A stretch of DNA of 64,000 nucleotides from Alphaproteobacteria bacterium (GTDB lineage Bacteria > Pseudomonadota > Alphaproteobacteria > JBFXJJ01), in contig JBFXJJ010000010.1 of NCBI GenBank assembly GCA_050175015.1, forward strand, positions 25,577 to 89,576. The letters are read 5' to 3'. Each line of letters begins with the position of its first letter. Positions within the stretch are counted from its first letter, which is position 1. The position numbers and the translations under genes were made by a program. This document shows, one piece after another, positions 29,213-39,867 of this stretch. The notes beneath the pieces are model-generated. The model saw only the letters and a program-made list of their open reading frames with translations. It ran no database searches and was not told where the DNA came from.

Positions 29213-30589
29213 TTAAATTTTAGGAAAAACAAGCCCTGCATTAGCAACATAAGATGCCAGCTCATTTTTTATAAGGTCTAATGCATCTTTGTTTTCGCCT
29301 TCACATCTTGCGACCATAATTGGCTGTGTATTAGACCTTCTTAAAAGCCACCAGCCATCTTTTAATGAAACTCTTAGCCCATCGGTGAAATCAATTTTCG
29401 CCCCTTTTTCTTCCAGTTCTTTCTTTATTTTAGCGAGAACAACTTCTTTTAGATTCTCGGGGCAGTCTATTCTAATTTCAGGCGTGTTATAAACAATAGG
29501 CAGTTCTTTTGCTAGTTCTTCTAAAGTTTTTGAGGAATTGCCAATATATTTAATCAGTCGTGCCGCAGTATATAGCGCATCATCAAAACCGTAATATCTA
29601 TCGGCGAAAAAAATATGACCGCTCATTTCGCCAGCTAAAGGAGCTTTGGTTTCTACCATTTTAGCTTTTATAAAAGAATGACCCGTTTTCCACATTAACG
29701 GGGAGCCACCAAGCTTTTTTACCTCTTCGAAAAAGCGGTTAGATGCTTTAACATCGGCGATAATCGGCGCACCTTTATGGGTTTTAAGAACGTCTCGAGC
29801 AAGAAAAATCATAAACTGATCGCCCCACAAAATCTGCCCGTTCTTAAGGACAACTCCAATGCGGTCGCCATCGCCATCAAATCCAAGCCCAATATCAGCA
29901 TCGCTTTCCTGAACTTTGGCAATAAGCTGCTCTAAATTTTTAGGAATAGTCGGGTCTGGGTGATGGTTGGGAAAAAGACCATCGATTTCTTGATTTATGA
30001 TGATGTTTTGCGTTTTGCTTTGTTCTGTAATTTTCGCAACTATATCACCGCAAGAACCATTGCCTGTGTCCCATACTATTTTTAGGTTATCAATATCGAT
30101 GAATTCATCAACAATTTTAGAAACATATTTGTTGCTTATATCAAGCGTATTTACTCGCCCTTGCCCTTCGGCATAAGACGCATCTTCTGCAATTTTGCCA
30201 ATTTTTTTGATGCTATCACCAAAGAAAGCACCTTGGTTGAAAACAAATTTAAAGCCATTGTATTCTGAAGGGTTGTGCGAACCCGTAACCATAATACCTG
30301 ACTTGGCATCGGTTTCATAACAAGAAAAATAAAGCATTGGGGTGGGACAGACTCCAATATCGATGACATCAACTCCAGTATCAACAATGCCTTCAATTAA
30401 TGATTTTGCTAATTCTGGAGAAGATAGTCTGCCATCTCTTCCGACTGCAATAACGTTGTTTTCTGGTTTTGCTATGGTTGCAAAGGCTCGCCCTATCGCA
30501 TAGGCATCATCTGGATTTAGGTCCTGACCGAAAATTCCTCTAATATCAGAAGCTCTGAGTATATCGGGGCTAAAGATATGTTTTTTCAT
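29213..30589 (-). CDS. Phosphomannomutase/phosphoglucomutase
   Basis: TGSHNP, DGDGDR, GEMSGH. Confidence 0.93.
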   Translation of the reverse strand: MKKHIFSPDILRASDIRGIFGQDLNPDDAYAIGRAFATIAKPENNVIAVGRDGRLSSPELAKSLIEGIVDTGVDVIDIGVCPTPMLYFSCYETDAKSGIMVTGSHNPSEYNGFKFVFNQGAFFGDSIKKIGKIAEDASYAEGQGRVNTLDISNKYVSKIVDEFIDIDNLKIVWDTGNGSCGDIVAKITEQSKTQNIIINQEIDGLFPNHHPDPTIPKNLEQLIAKVQESDADIGLGFDGDGDRIGVVLKNGQILWGDQFMIFLARDVLKTHKGAPIIADVKASNRFFEEVKKLGGSPLMWKTGHSFIKAKMVETKAPLAGEMSGHIFFADRYYGFDDALYTAARLIKYIGNSSKTLEELAKELPIVYNTPEIRIDCPENLKEVVLAKIKKELEEKGAKIDFTDGLRVSLKDGWWLLRRSNTQPIMVARCEGENKDALDLIKNELASYVANAGLVFPKI

Positions 30590-31646
30590 TATCTTCCTTT
30601 AATTTTTCAACAATTTTTCTAACATCTTGGCTTTTGTCTTTTGGAACTACCATTATGGCATCTTCGCAGGCAATTACAACCAAATCATCAACTCCAACAA
30701 CCGAAATAAGCTGTTTGGTCGTCGATTTGATAAAGCAATTCTTAGAATCAATAACTACCGTTTTAGCAGATTTAACATTGCCGTCTTCGTCTTTTTGCGA
30801 AATTTCCCATAAAGATTTATAAGAACCAATATCATTCCAACCAGAATTATTAACAATTACAACGGCGGTCTTATTGGATCTTTCCATAACGGCATAATCA
30901 AAAGATATGGATTTAGCTTCGGCAAAATATTCGTTGTTTAAAAAAACAGCATTGCCATCAATTTTGGCTTTATTTAAGCTTTCGCTGCACGATTTTAGCA
31001 TTTCTGGTTCGTACTTGCCCATTTCATCAATCAAGGTTTGGGCTTTCAGCATAAACATACCGCTGTTCCAAAAATAGTCTCCAGAGCTTAAATATTTTTT
31101 GGCCGTTTCTAAATTAGGTTTTTCTACAAATTTATCAATTATGAAAAAGCCATCATTATCTTTTTTGCCTTTTTTTATGTAACCAAAGCCTGTTTCTGGA
31201 TATTCTGGTTTGATGCCAAAGGTTGTTAAAAAGCCTTTTTCTGATGCTTTTAGAGCAGTTTCAGCCGCATCTAAAAAGGCAGAGTTGTTTTGGATAAAAT
31301 GATCAGAAGGCATAACCATCATAACGGCATCTTTATCTTCTTTATAAAGACAAAGAGCAGATGCCAAAATGGCTGGTGCGGTGTTCCTTGCACAAGGTTC
31401 TAGTATTATTTTAGCGTTTGTGATATTCTGGTTTTTTAATCCATAATTTACTAGGTCTAAATGATGTTCTACGCAAATTATAGTAGGGTAGTTAAAAAGT
31501 TTATCGCGGCATCTTTTAACGGTATTTTCAAAAAGATACTCATTATCAACTAAACGGGTAAATTGTTTGGGGTTTTTATTAACAGATATTGGCCATAATC
31601 TTGAACCAGCACCGCCCGATAATAAGACAGGATATATTTTGCCCAT
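30570..31646 (-). CDS. manC: Mannose-1-phosphate guanylyltransferase (no C-terminal cupin domain)
   Basis: LSGGAGSRLWP, PKQF, RNTAPA, PSDH, FVEKP, WNSGMF, WNDIG. Confidence 0.9.
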   Translation of the reverse strand: MGKIYPVLLSGGAGSRLWPISVNKNPKQFTRLVDNEYLFENTVKRCRDKLFNYPTIICVEHHLDLVNYGLKNQNITNAKIILEPCARNTAPAILASALCLYKEDKDAVMMVMPSDHFIQNNSAFLDAAETALKASEKGFLTTFGIKPEYPETGFGYIKKGKKDNDGFFIIDKFVEKPNLETAKKYLSSGDYFWNSGMFMLKAQTLIDEMGKYEPEMLKSCSESLNKAKIDGNAVFLNNEYFAEAKSISFDYAVMERSNKTAVVIVNNSGWNDIGSYKSLWEISQKDEDGNVKSAKTVVIDSKNCFIKSTTKQLISVVGVDDLVVIACEDAIMVVPKDKSQDVRKIVEKLKEDNEKTYL

Positions 31647-32647
31647 TAGCTGTTCTCCATATTGCTAGCAAATTTCCAAGCATCTTGGCACATATCTTTA
31701 ATATTCTTTGTAGCTTTCCACTTTAAAATTTTTTCAGCAAGAGCTGGGTCTGCATATGATATTGCAATATCTCCTGGTCTTCTAGGAGCTATTTTGTAAG
31801 GTATTTTGATGCCAGAGACTTCTTCAAAGCCATTTATTATGTCAAAGACAGAATAACCATGTCCTGTTCCAATATTGAAAAAGTGATTACCATCGTTGTT
31901 TTTTAAAAAATCTAAGGCAGCAATATGAGCTAGAGCTAAATCTGATACGTGAATATAGTCTCTAACACCTGTTCCGTCTTTGGTTGGATAGTCATTGCCA
32001 AATACAGATAGCTCTTTAAGTTCACCTTTGGCAACTTTCAAAATATAGGGCATTAAATTGTTAGGTATGCCTTTGGGTTGTTCGCCCAATAAACCAGAAG
32101 AATCAGCCCCAATGGGGTTAAAATAGCGCAGGCTTGTAACTCTGGCTTCCTTATCTGATACGGCAAAATCACTTAGAATCTGTTCAACCATAAATTTACT
32201 AAAACCATAAGGATTATATGGGGAGATAGTATCACTTTCTGTAAACGGATTTTCCTTTGAAGGAGCATAAACGGTTGCCGATGAGCTAAAGACAAAAGTT
32301 TTAACATTATGTTTCTGCATAGCTTTTAAGAGGCTTAATGTTCCTGCAACATTGACGTCATAATAAGCGATAGGATTAATAACCGATTCGCCGACTGCTT
32401 TCAGTCCAGCAAAATGAATTACAGCTTCAATATCGTGTTTAGTGAATATTTGCTCTAGTAAAGATTGATCTCTGACATCACCTTCAAAAAAAAGAGGACA
32501 CTTGTTAGATATTTTCTCAATGTTTTTTAAAACTTTAGGATTCGAGTTGCTAAAATTATCAATAATAACAACATCGTATCCTTTTTTTAACAATTCAAGA
32601 GCGACATGAGATCCGATGTACCCAGCTCCGCCTGTAAGTAAAATCAT
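31646..32647 (-). CDS. galE: UDP-glucose 4-epimerase
   Basis: TGGAGYIGSH, HFAGLKAVGES, SSSATVY, YxxxK, LRYFNP, RDYIHV. Confidence 0.95.
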   Translation of the reverse strand: MILLTGGAGYIGSHVALELLKKGYDVVIIDNFSNSNPKVLKNIEKISNKCPLFFEGDVRDQSLLEQIFTKHDIEAVIHFAGLKAVGESVINPIAYYDVNVAGTLSLLKAMQKHNVKTFVFSSSATVYAPSKENPFTESDTISPYNPYGFSKFMVEQILSDFAVSDKEARVTSLRYFNPIGADSSGLLGEQPKGIPNNLMPYILKVAKGELKELSVFGNDYPTKDGTGVRDYIHVSDLALAHIAALDFLKNNDGNHFFNIGTGHGYSVFDIINGFEEVSGIKIPYKIAPRRPGDIAISYADPALAEKILKWKATKNIKDMCQDAWKFASNMENS

Positions 32648-32916
32648 TCCTAGCCTTTTTGATTTTATATTATTTTAAAGTATATGTTTTATATGCTTTT
32701 AAGAGAACAAAGGCAATAATCTATTTAAAAAAGGGAGAACAGAAATTAAAAACGTTGCAAAAAAAAATGCTAGTAATTATCGTTGGTCAGAGGGATTGTA
32801 GTGTAAAGAGTATCGTTCATTTGAACATCACTTAATATGTTGAATTCTTACAGTAATATTTATAAAAACAAAGTCATAATTAAATCAAATATTTAGAACC
32901 GTAGGGATATTTAAGT

Positions 32917-34449
32917 ATGTGGTCATTTTTTGAAAACATAGCTCCGAAGGAAGACGTAACTGACGAAGAATTAGAAGCTGGGATTCCTTGGTATTTTAAA
33001 GATGGTGTGGCATCGCAGATTCTCGACAGCATTACAGTTGGTCCTTTTTTAATTGCGTTTGCTTTAGATTTAGGAGCCAATAATATTGTAATTGGTTTGC
33101 TTGCTGCTATTCCGTTTCTAACACAATTGTTTCAGCTTCCTGCCATATTTCTAATTGAAAGAACAAAAGCGAGGAAAGCTGTTACTCTTGCCGCCTGTGC
33201 AATATATCGTCCAATGCTTCTTGTTATGGGCTCAGCCGCATTTTTCTTGGGGTCTCCCTTTGCCCTTCCTGTTCTCGTCAGCGGTTTTGCGGGCAGATAT
33301 ATTTTGGGTAGTATTTCAGCTTGCAGTTGGAATTCATGGATGAAAGATTTTCTTCCTGAAGATAGGATTGGCAAAATTTTTGCTAATCGTATGTTTAAAA
33401 TGATGGTAGCAAGCGTTATCATAAGCTTGGTTGCGGCGTGGTTTGTCGATGCCTGGCCTAAAATGTTTCCGGACTACTCGATATATCGTTATTCAATCTT
33501 GCTGGTTATTGCTTTTATATCAGGGGTTTATGGTTTAACTTGTATGTATCATATGCCTGAACCAAAGATGAAAAGTGCAGGTTTACAAAAAAGCTTTGTA
33601 TCAAAATTATTAATGCCTTTTAAAGATCATAATTTTAAAAATCTTATGATTTTCCTTGGGACTTGGAACTTTGCAGTTAATCTTGCCGCTCCATTCTTCA
33701 CTGTGCATATGCTCAAGAGACTAGAAATAAGCATAACATTGGTTACGATTCTTACAATATTAAGTCAAATATCAAATCTTATGATTATTAAATCTTGGGG
33801 AAAAATTGCCGATAACTTTAGTAATAAATCTGTTTTGACAATCGCTGCGCCATTGTTCATTGGTTGTATTTTTGCTTGGACGTTTACTGCGCTTCCTGAA
33901 AAACATCATTTTACCTTGCTGCTCTTAGTTTTGATTCATATTTTTACAGGGGTAGCAACCGCAGGCGTTACGCTGGCAACTGGTAATATAAGTTTAAGAC
34001 TGGCTCCCAAAGGAGAAGCGACGTCATATCTTTCGGTAAACAGTCTTGTTAACAATTTGGCAGCAGGTATTGCCCCTGTCTTTGGTGGTCTTTTTGCCGA
34101 CTTCTTTTCTAATAAAGAACTTTCTCTTATGGTAAGCTGGAAGTCTGGAGCTGAAGGGCTTTTGCTGCAAACACTTAACTTTAGATATTGGGACTTCTTC
34201 TTCCTCTTTGCTACTATCATAGGTATTTATTCTATTTATCGTTTATTCAAGATAAAAGAAGAGGGTGATGTTGAAGAAAATATTGTTCTGCACGAACTGA
34301 TGGCAGAAATCAGGGGTAATATGCGTAATTTTAGAAACATTTCATCAGTTTCAGGAATTAAAATGGCAATCCATTTTCCAATAGAGAAAATTAAAATCCA
34401 CAAGAAAAAGAGGCATAAAAAAGCCAAAGATGAATCTTCTAATCAGTGA
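32917..34449 (+). CDS. MFS transporter
   Basis: About 12 TM helices, WGKIADNFSNK loop motif. Confidence 0.85.
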   Translation: MWSFFENIAPKEDVTDEELEAGIPWYFKDGVASQILDSITVGPFLIAFALDLGANNIVIGLLAAIPFLTQLFQLPAIFLIERTKARKAVTLAACAIYRPMLLVMGSAAFFLGSPFALPVLVSGFAGRYILGSISACSWNSWMKDFLPEDRIGKIFANRMFKMMVASVIISLVAAWFVDAWPKMFPDYSIYRYSILLVIAFISGVYGLTCMYHMPEPKMKSAGLQKSFVSKLLMPFKDHNFKNLMIFLGTWNFAVNLAAPFFTVHMLKRLEISITLVTILTILSQISNLMIIKSWGKIADNFSNKSVLTIAAPLFIGCIFAWTFTALPEKHHFTLLLLVLIHIFTGVATAGVTLATGNISLRLAPKGEATSYLSVNSLVNNLAAGIAPVFGGLFADFFSNKELSLMVSWKSGAEGLLLQTLNFRYWDFFFLFATIIGIYSIYRLFKIKEEGDVEENIVLHELMAEIRGNMRNFRNISSVSGIKMAIHFPIEKIKIHKKKRHKKAKDESSNQ

Positions 34450-34865
34450 TTGCATATTTATTTGCTTCAGGAATCCTTAATTTTTTCAAAATTTTTTGAT
34501 TTTACTTTTACCAAAGTTGCTGGGATACTTCGCCGCAGGGCAGAAAAATATGTTAGGAAGGCTAACTTTGTTCTAATTTAGTTGCGGGTTAAGTGCAGAA
34601 ATAAGCGATAAAAAATACCAAAACAATCGGCGGCTAACACATTTAGAGCATATTTCATTTAATTGTACGCATCTTTATATTTTGCCTTACGGCAAGCCTT
34701 AGGCGGGCAGTTTTTTCTTTTATAAAAGCAAAGGCAAAACTTTTATTATTCTTAACTCTTTTTGTAAACAAAGATTTGAAAGTAATAAAAATAGTTTTTT
34801 AAGATTGCTAAGGATTTTTTTTTACAAAAAAATCTTAGTTTGCGTAAGCAAATTTTTTAGGCAAC

Positions 34866-34897
34866 AAAAAACCCGCTTTAAATAGCGGGTTGTTTTT
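34866..34897 (-). terminator. Intrinsic terminator downstream of tRNA-Glu (possibly bidirectional)
   Basis: AACCCGCT...AGCGGGTT stem flanked by A and T runs. Confidence 0.75.
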
Positions 34898-34973
34898 TGG
34901 CGACCCCAAGGGGATTTGAACCCCTGTTACCGCCGTGAAAGGGCGATGTCCTAGGCCTCTAGACGATGGGGTC
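34898..34973 (-). tRNA. tRNA-Glu (TTC)
   Basis: GACCCCATCGTCTAGAGGCCTAGGACATCGCCCTTTCACGGCGGTAACAGGGGTTCAAATCCCCTTGGGGTCGCCA, 76 nt, encoded CCA. Confidence 0.97.
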
Positions 34974-35648
34974 ATCTAGACTTGAAAATAACTTTTATTG
35001 CCTTTGAATAAAAAAATCAAGACTTTTTTATCACGAAATTAAAAAAAATTAAAAAATTTTAGGTAAACTAATCAATATGCACTTTTTAAGTGTTTTATAC
35101 AGTTGTATTAAACCTTAAGTGACATACTGAATGTTTGTCTTAAAGTGCTTTATTTTAAGTTGTTTTGCTAAATTTTATTAAATTAAAGAAAGATTACTAA
35201 TTTTTATTGAAGCGTTAATTATTGTAATAAATAGCTATTATAAATAGTTATCAGGTAAAAATTCTATGATAGGCTCAGAGATGTTAATCATAAACAATAA
35301 AAAATATTACAAGAGTTATAACTATAAAATGGGCTTCAATTTTAAAAAGATATAAGATATAGGGAGCTGCACTATGATATTTTGTGGTGAAATATGCTCT
35401 AAGCCTAAAATATTTGGCATAATTATGAGACATTGTTGTTTAAGTTATTTACGACGTTGCTTATCAATGTATGATAAAATTAATTTGGTTTGATTATATA
35501 AAAAATAATTGTTTTTTATCTTATGATTATTCCTCAAATTGTAGCTCAAAATATTTTGATTTATAGTCTGAAACATAACAATAGAACTAGCTTGTAGACT
35601 TATTACAGCTAACTTAATTTTTCGTGTAATTAAAAAACTAGGTTTGTT

Positions 35649-37646
35649 TTAGATATCTAGGTTATCAGATTCTATGAACTTTGCTCGTTCTTGAATAAAC
35701 TTAAAACGCAGTTCAGGCTTTTTGCCCATCAAGTGTTCAACTCTTCTCGCTGTATCTAGAGCCTCTTCTTTTTCTTCAACGTTCTGCCCGTGAGGAATAG
35801 TTACTCTTAAAAGGGTTCTTTTGAGTGGGCTCATAGTAGTTTCTTTAAGTTGGGCAGCTGGCATTTCACCAAGACCTTTAAACCTGCTGACTTCAACTTT
35901 GGTATTTTTAGCAAAGTTTTTGGAGATGACAGTTTCTTTATCAGAATCATCGAACGCATAAAAAGTTTTATCTTTATGAGTAAGACGGTAAAGAGGAGGC
36001 AGGGCTAAGTAGAGATTTCCATTTTCTATTAAGCCTTTCATTTCCTGATAGAAAAAAGTCATAAGTAAAGATGCAATGTGGGCGCCATCAACGTCAGCAT
36101 CTGTCATAATTATAATTTTTTCATACCTTAAACCATCAATATTAAAGCGGTTTCTTGTGCCGCAGCCTAAAGCCTCAATAATATCCTTGATTTCTTGGTT
36201 GTTCATAATTTTATCAGATGTTGCACTGGCAACATTGAGAATTTTTCCACGTATAGGAAGAATTGCTTGCGTTTCCCTATTGCGTGCCTGTTTAGCAGAA
36301 CCGCCGGCAGAATCGCCTTCAACAATAAATATTTCGGTGCCATCAGGTGTGCTTCTAGAGCAATCGGCAAGTTTTCCTGGCAGGCGTAGTCTTTTGGTTG
36401 CGGATTTACGGTTAAGTTCTTTGTCTTTGCGTTTTTTCTGGCGATATTCTGCACGCTCAATAATAAAATCTAATAAAGCGTTTGCCATTGTCGTATTGGA
36501 AGACAACCAGTGATCAAACATATCTTTAATAACGGGTTCGATATATTTGGTAGCTTCTGGTGATGTTAGTTTTTCTTTGGTTTGTCCTTGAAACTGAGGA
36601 TTTTTCATAAACAAAGACAGCATAACAGAGGCGCTGCCAAACATATCGTCAGCATTTATATTCGAGGCTTTTCTATTGCCTGACATTTCGGCATAAGCTT
36701 TGAGGCTTTTGGTTAAAGCGGTTTTGAAGCCATTTTCATGCGTTCCGCCAAAAGGTGTAGGAACTGTGTTGCAGTAAGAATAAAAGAAGCCATCTTCGTT
36801 ATCTGAAGCCCAGTTCAATGCCCATTCAATTTTTCCATTATCGTCTGGAATATCTACAATACCAGCGAAATGCTTATCAGTTACGGTTTCTTTGCCGCTT
36901 ATCATATAGTTAAGAAAGTCTTCCAAACCATTGGGAAAGACTAAAACTGCTTCACTTGGAATTGGATTGTCTTCACTTATTAATGAAGGAGCGCATTGCC
37001 ATTTAATTTGAACCCCGCGGAAGAGATAAGCTTTGGAACGTGCCATACGGTAAATATGCCCAGGGCGAAACTTTACTCTAAAACCAAAAATTTCAGGGTC
37101 AGCTTTAAAAGTCACAGAAGTTCCTCTGCGATTGTTTACTTTTCCTACTTCTTCTAGGGTAGTTGTTGGAAGTCCTCGACTATATTTTTGGCGCCATAAA
37201 GTTTTATCTCTAGCAACTTCTATTGTTAATTCTTCTGACAAAGCGTTAACTACAGAAATGCCGACTCCGTGTAATCCTCCAGAAGTAGTGTAAGCCCCAC
37301 TGCCAAATTTGCCGCCCGAATGAAGAGTTGTCATAATGACTTCAAGGGCAGATTTTTCAGGGTTTGATGGGTGTGGATCCACAGGGATTCCTCGACCATT
37401 ATCAGAAATGGTAATGGATCCATCTTCGTGCATACTGACTTCAATTGTATTTGCGTAGCCTGCAACAGCTTCGTCCATAGAGTTATCCAGAATTTCGGCA
37501 ATAAGATGATGCAGGGCGTTTTCGTCAACGCCGCCAATGTACATACCTGGTCTTCTACGTACCGGTTCTAAACCTTCTAAAACTTCAATATCCTTAGCGG
37601 TATAAGCGTTTTTTGAGGTTTGTTTGTTTGAAAATAAGTCTGACAT
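35649..37646 (-). CDS. parE: DNA topoisomerase IV subunit B
   Basis: EGLEPVRRRPGMYIG, DNSMDE, EGDSAGGS, MTDADVDG, RFKGLGEM; no GyrB insertion. Confidence 0.93.
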   Translation of the reverse strand: MSDLFSNKQTSKNAYTAKDIEVLEGLEPVRRRPGMYIGGVDENALHHLIAEILDNSMDEAVAGYANTIEVSMHEDGSITISDNGRGIPVDPHPSNPEKSALEVIMTTLHSGGKFGSGAYTTSGGLHGVGISVVNALSEELTIEVARDKTLWRQKYSRGLPTTTLEEVGKVNNRRGTSVTFKADPEIFGFRVKFRPGHIYRMARSKAYLFRGVQIKWQCAPSLISEDNPIPSEAVLVFPNGLEDFLNYMISGKETVTDKHFAGIVDIPDDNGKIEWALNWASDNEDGFFYSYCNTVPTPFGGTHENGFKTALTKSLKAYAEMSGNRKASNINADDMFGSASVMLSLFMKNPQFQGQTKEKLTSPEATKYIEPVIKDMFDHWLSSNTTMANALLDFIIERAEYRQKKRKDKELNRKSATKRLRLPGKLADCSRSTPDGTEIFIVEGDSAGGSAKQARNRETQAILPIRGKILNVASATSDKIMNNQEIKDIIEALGCGTRNRFNIDGLRYEKIIIMTDADVDGAHIASLLMTFFYQEMKGLIENGNLYLALPPLYRLTHKDKTFYAFDDSDKETVISKNFAKNTKVEVSRFKGLGEMPAAQLKETTMSPLKRTLLRVTIPHGQNVEEKEEALDTARRVEHLMGKKPELRFKFIQERAKFIESDNLDI

Positions 37647-37654
37647 AGCTGCGG

Positions 37655-37683
37655 ATTATAGGTAGGCTTTTTAAGTTGAGCAA
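37655..37683 (-). promoter_or_regulatory. sigma70 promoter of parE
   Basis: TTGCTC-N17-TATAAT ending 8 nt before the ATG. Confidence 0.6.
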
Positions 37684-37795
37684 GATAGAAAAGTTATATT
37701 TTTTTAAACTTTTTTTATATCTTTAAAAAAAAACTAAAAAAAAAGCTCAAAAGCGCTTGCCTTTTGGTAATAAATTTAAGATAAATAGACCGTAT

Positions 37796-37921
37796 CACAC
37801 ACGTAAGGTTTAAACGGCAGTAATTGTGCATTGTTTTTCAAACATCAAAAATTGTCGTCTCCGGTGTTAGTACTTTTCTTTTAAAGTGCTAGCTAGAATG
37901 CCTTACGGAGGTTTAACCGGT
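37796..37921 (+). ncRNA. rpsB 5' leader (S2 autoregulatory, t44-like structure)
   Basis: CACACGTAAGG pairs with CCTTACGGAGG; CCGGT/ACCGG complementarity; directly upstream of rpsB. Confidence 0.7.
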
Positions 37922-37942
37922 AAAGCAAAGAGGATTATAAAT

Positions 37943-38716
37943 ATGGCTATACCTACATTTTCAATGTCTCAGCTTGTTAAAGCTGGCGTTCACTTTGGAC
38001 ATCATACTCGTCGTTGGAACCCAAAAATGGGCAAATTCATTTACGGCAGCAGAGAAAATGTCCACATTTTAGATTTACAGAAAACCGTTCCAATGATGTA
38101 TCAGGCTCTTCAAGCTGTCAGCAATACTGTTGCTGCAGGTGGTAAAGTGCTTTTTGTTGGAACAAAAAGACAAGCTCAAGATCCGATTCGTGAAGCAGCG
38201 GAACGCTGTGGTCAATACTATGTTAACCATCGTTGGTTAGGTGGTATGATGACTAACTGGAAAACAGTTACTCACTCTATCAATCGTCTTAAAGAATTCA
38301 ATGAAATGGTTTCTGAAGGCAAATATGAAGGTCTTACTAAGAAAGAGACTCTTAATGTTGGCAGAGAAAGAGAAAAGTTGGATCAAGCTTTAGGCGGCAT
38401 CAAAGATATGAATGGCTTACCTAACTTAGTTTTCATTATTGATACGAATAAAGAAAGCTTAGCTATTAAAGAAGCTAATAAACTTGGTATTCCTGTTGTT
38501 GCTGTTTGCGATTCTAATTCTGATCCAGATGGTATTGATTTTCCAATTCCTGGAAATGACGACGCTATTAGAGCAGTTAAATTATATTGCGACTTAGTTG
38601 CAGGTGCTGTTCTTGATGGTATTCAAGCTGAACTTTCAGCTGCGGGTGTTGATATTGGCTCAAGCGAAAAAGTTTTAAGTGAAAACTTAGAAGATGATGA
38701 AGCTTCTGACGAATAG
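37943..38716 (+). CDS. rpsB: 30S ribosomal protein S2
   Basis: AGVHFGH..RRWNPKM, RWLGGM, PGNDDA; start moved to ATG 37943 (GAGGA RBS). Confidence 0.98.
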   Translation: MAIPTFSMSQLVKAGVHFGHHTRRWNPKMGKFIYGSRENVHILDLQKTVPMMYQALQAVSNTVAAGGKVLFVGTKRQAQDPIREAAERCGQYYVNHRWLGGMMTNWKTVTHSINRLKEFNEMVSEGKYEGLTKKETLNVGREREKLDQALGGIKDMNGLPNLVFIIDTNKESLAIKEANKLGIPVVAVCDSNSDPDGIDFPIPGNDDAIRAVKLYCDLVAGAVLDGIQAELSAAGVDIGSSEKVLSENLEDDEASDE

Positions 38717-38729
38717 TTAAAACATTCAG

Positions 38730-38780
38730 ATGTTAAATCTGGTGTTTCTAAAAAATTAAGAGCATCAGATTTAACATTTT
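38730..38780 (+). terminator. rpsB-tsf intergenic hairpin (attenuator-like)
   Basis: ATGTTAAATCTGGTGTTTCT...AGAGCATCAGATTTAACAT followed by Ts. Confidence 0.6.
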
Positions 38781-38821
38781 GTATATATAAGATAACAAAA
38801 TAGATTAAAGAGGGTTTTTAA

Positions 38822-39748
38822 ATGGCTCAAATTTCAGCCTCTATGGTAAAAGAACTGCGTGAGATGACTAACGCAGGTATGATGGATTGCAAAAAAGCTT
38901 TGGCAGAAGTTGATGGAGATATGGACGCTGCTGTTGATTGGCTTAGAAAAAAAGGTTTAGCTGCAGCTGCTAAAAAATCAGGACGTGTTGCATCAGAAGG
39001 TTTAATTGGTGTTAATGTTGATAATAATTCTGGGGTTTTAGTTGAAGTTAACTCTGAAACAGATTTCGTATCAAGAAACACCGAATTTCAGAGCTTTGTT
39101 GCTAATGTATCTAAAGTTGCAGTCGAAGCTGAAGGTGATGTTGAAAAACTTAAAACAACAGCATATCCAGAATCTCAAAAAGATGTTGCTTCTCAATTAA
39201 CCGATTTGATTGCTAAGATTGGTGAAAATATGAGCTTACGTCGTACATCTGTTCTTAAAACAGATAATGGTGTGGTTGCATCTTATGTTCATAATCAGGT
39301 TTCTCCTAATTTAGGAAAAATAGGGGTTTTAGTTGCTTTAGAATCAGAAGCAGCTAAAGATAAACTTTTAGAATTAGGCAAACAGATTGCTATGCACGTT
39401 GCTGCATCTAATCCTCAATATCTTGAGATTAAAGATGTTGATAGCGAAGCTTTAGATAGAGAACGTTCAGTTCTTTCTGAGCAGGCAAGAGCATCTGGTA
39501 AGCCAGAAAATATTATTGAAAAGATGGTTGAAGGCAGATTACGCAAGTTCTATGAAGAAGTTGTGCTTTTAGAACAACCATTTGTGCTTGATCCTGATAA
39601 CAAAGTGGCTAAAGCCGTTGAGCAGGTAGCTAAGGAAGTTGGAAAGCCAATTAAAGTTAAAGGCTTTACAAGATATGCACTTGGTGAGGGCATAGAAAAG
39701 AAAGAAAATGATTTTGCGGCAGAGGTTGCAGCTGCTGCTGGTAAATAA
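38822..39748 (+). CDS. tsf: Elongation factor Ts
   Basis: [29 protein letters not shown]. Confidence 0.98.
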   Translation: MAQISASMVKELREMTNAGMMDCKKALAEVDGDMDAAVDWLRKKGLAAAAKKSGRVASEGLIGVNVDNNSGVLVEVNSETDFVSRNTEFQSFVANVSKVAVEAEGDVEKLKTTAYPESQKDVASQLTDLIAKIGENMSLRRTSVLKTDNGVVASYVHNQVSPNLGKIGVLVALESEAAKDKLLELGKQIAMHVAASNPQYLEIKDVDSEALDRERSVLSEQARASGKPENIIEKMVEGRLRKFYEEVVLLEQPFVLDPDNKVAKAVEQVAKEVGKPIKVKGFTRYALGEGIEKKENDFAAEVAAAAGK

Positions 39749-39749
39749 C

Positions 39750-39778
39750 AAAAAGGCTGGTATTAACCAGCCTTTTTT
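39750..39778 (+). terminator. Intrinsic terminator after tsf
   Basis: AAAAAGGCTGGT-ATTA-ACCAGCCTTTTTT. Confidence 0.85.
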
Positions 39779-39867
39779 ATAACTTTAATATTTTTTTATA
39801 ATATTAAAAGTGCAAATTTAGAATAAACATCAGCTCTTCGAATATTTTTTTAAGGATATAATAACAA

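Larger units (their letters stand above)
34643..35402. repeat. 15-bp perfect inverted repeat pair (34643-34657 / 35388-35402) bracketing tRNA-Glu
   Basis: TTAGAGCATATTTCA ... TGAAATATGCTCTAA. Confidence 0.7.

Noticed and set aside
34450-34973. Integrative element at tRNA-Glu
   Set aside because: No integrase and no duplicated tRNA 3' end seen in the window.
34980-35648. AT-rich intergenic region near the gene-strand switch as a possible oriC or dif
   Set aside because: I saw no TTATCCACA DnaA boxes, no XerC/D consensus and no origin-linked genes.
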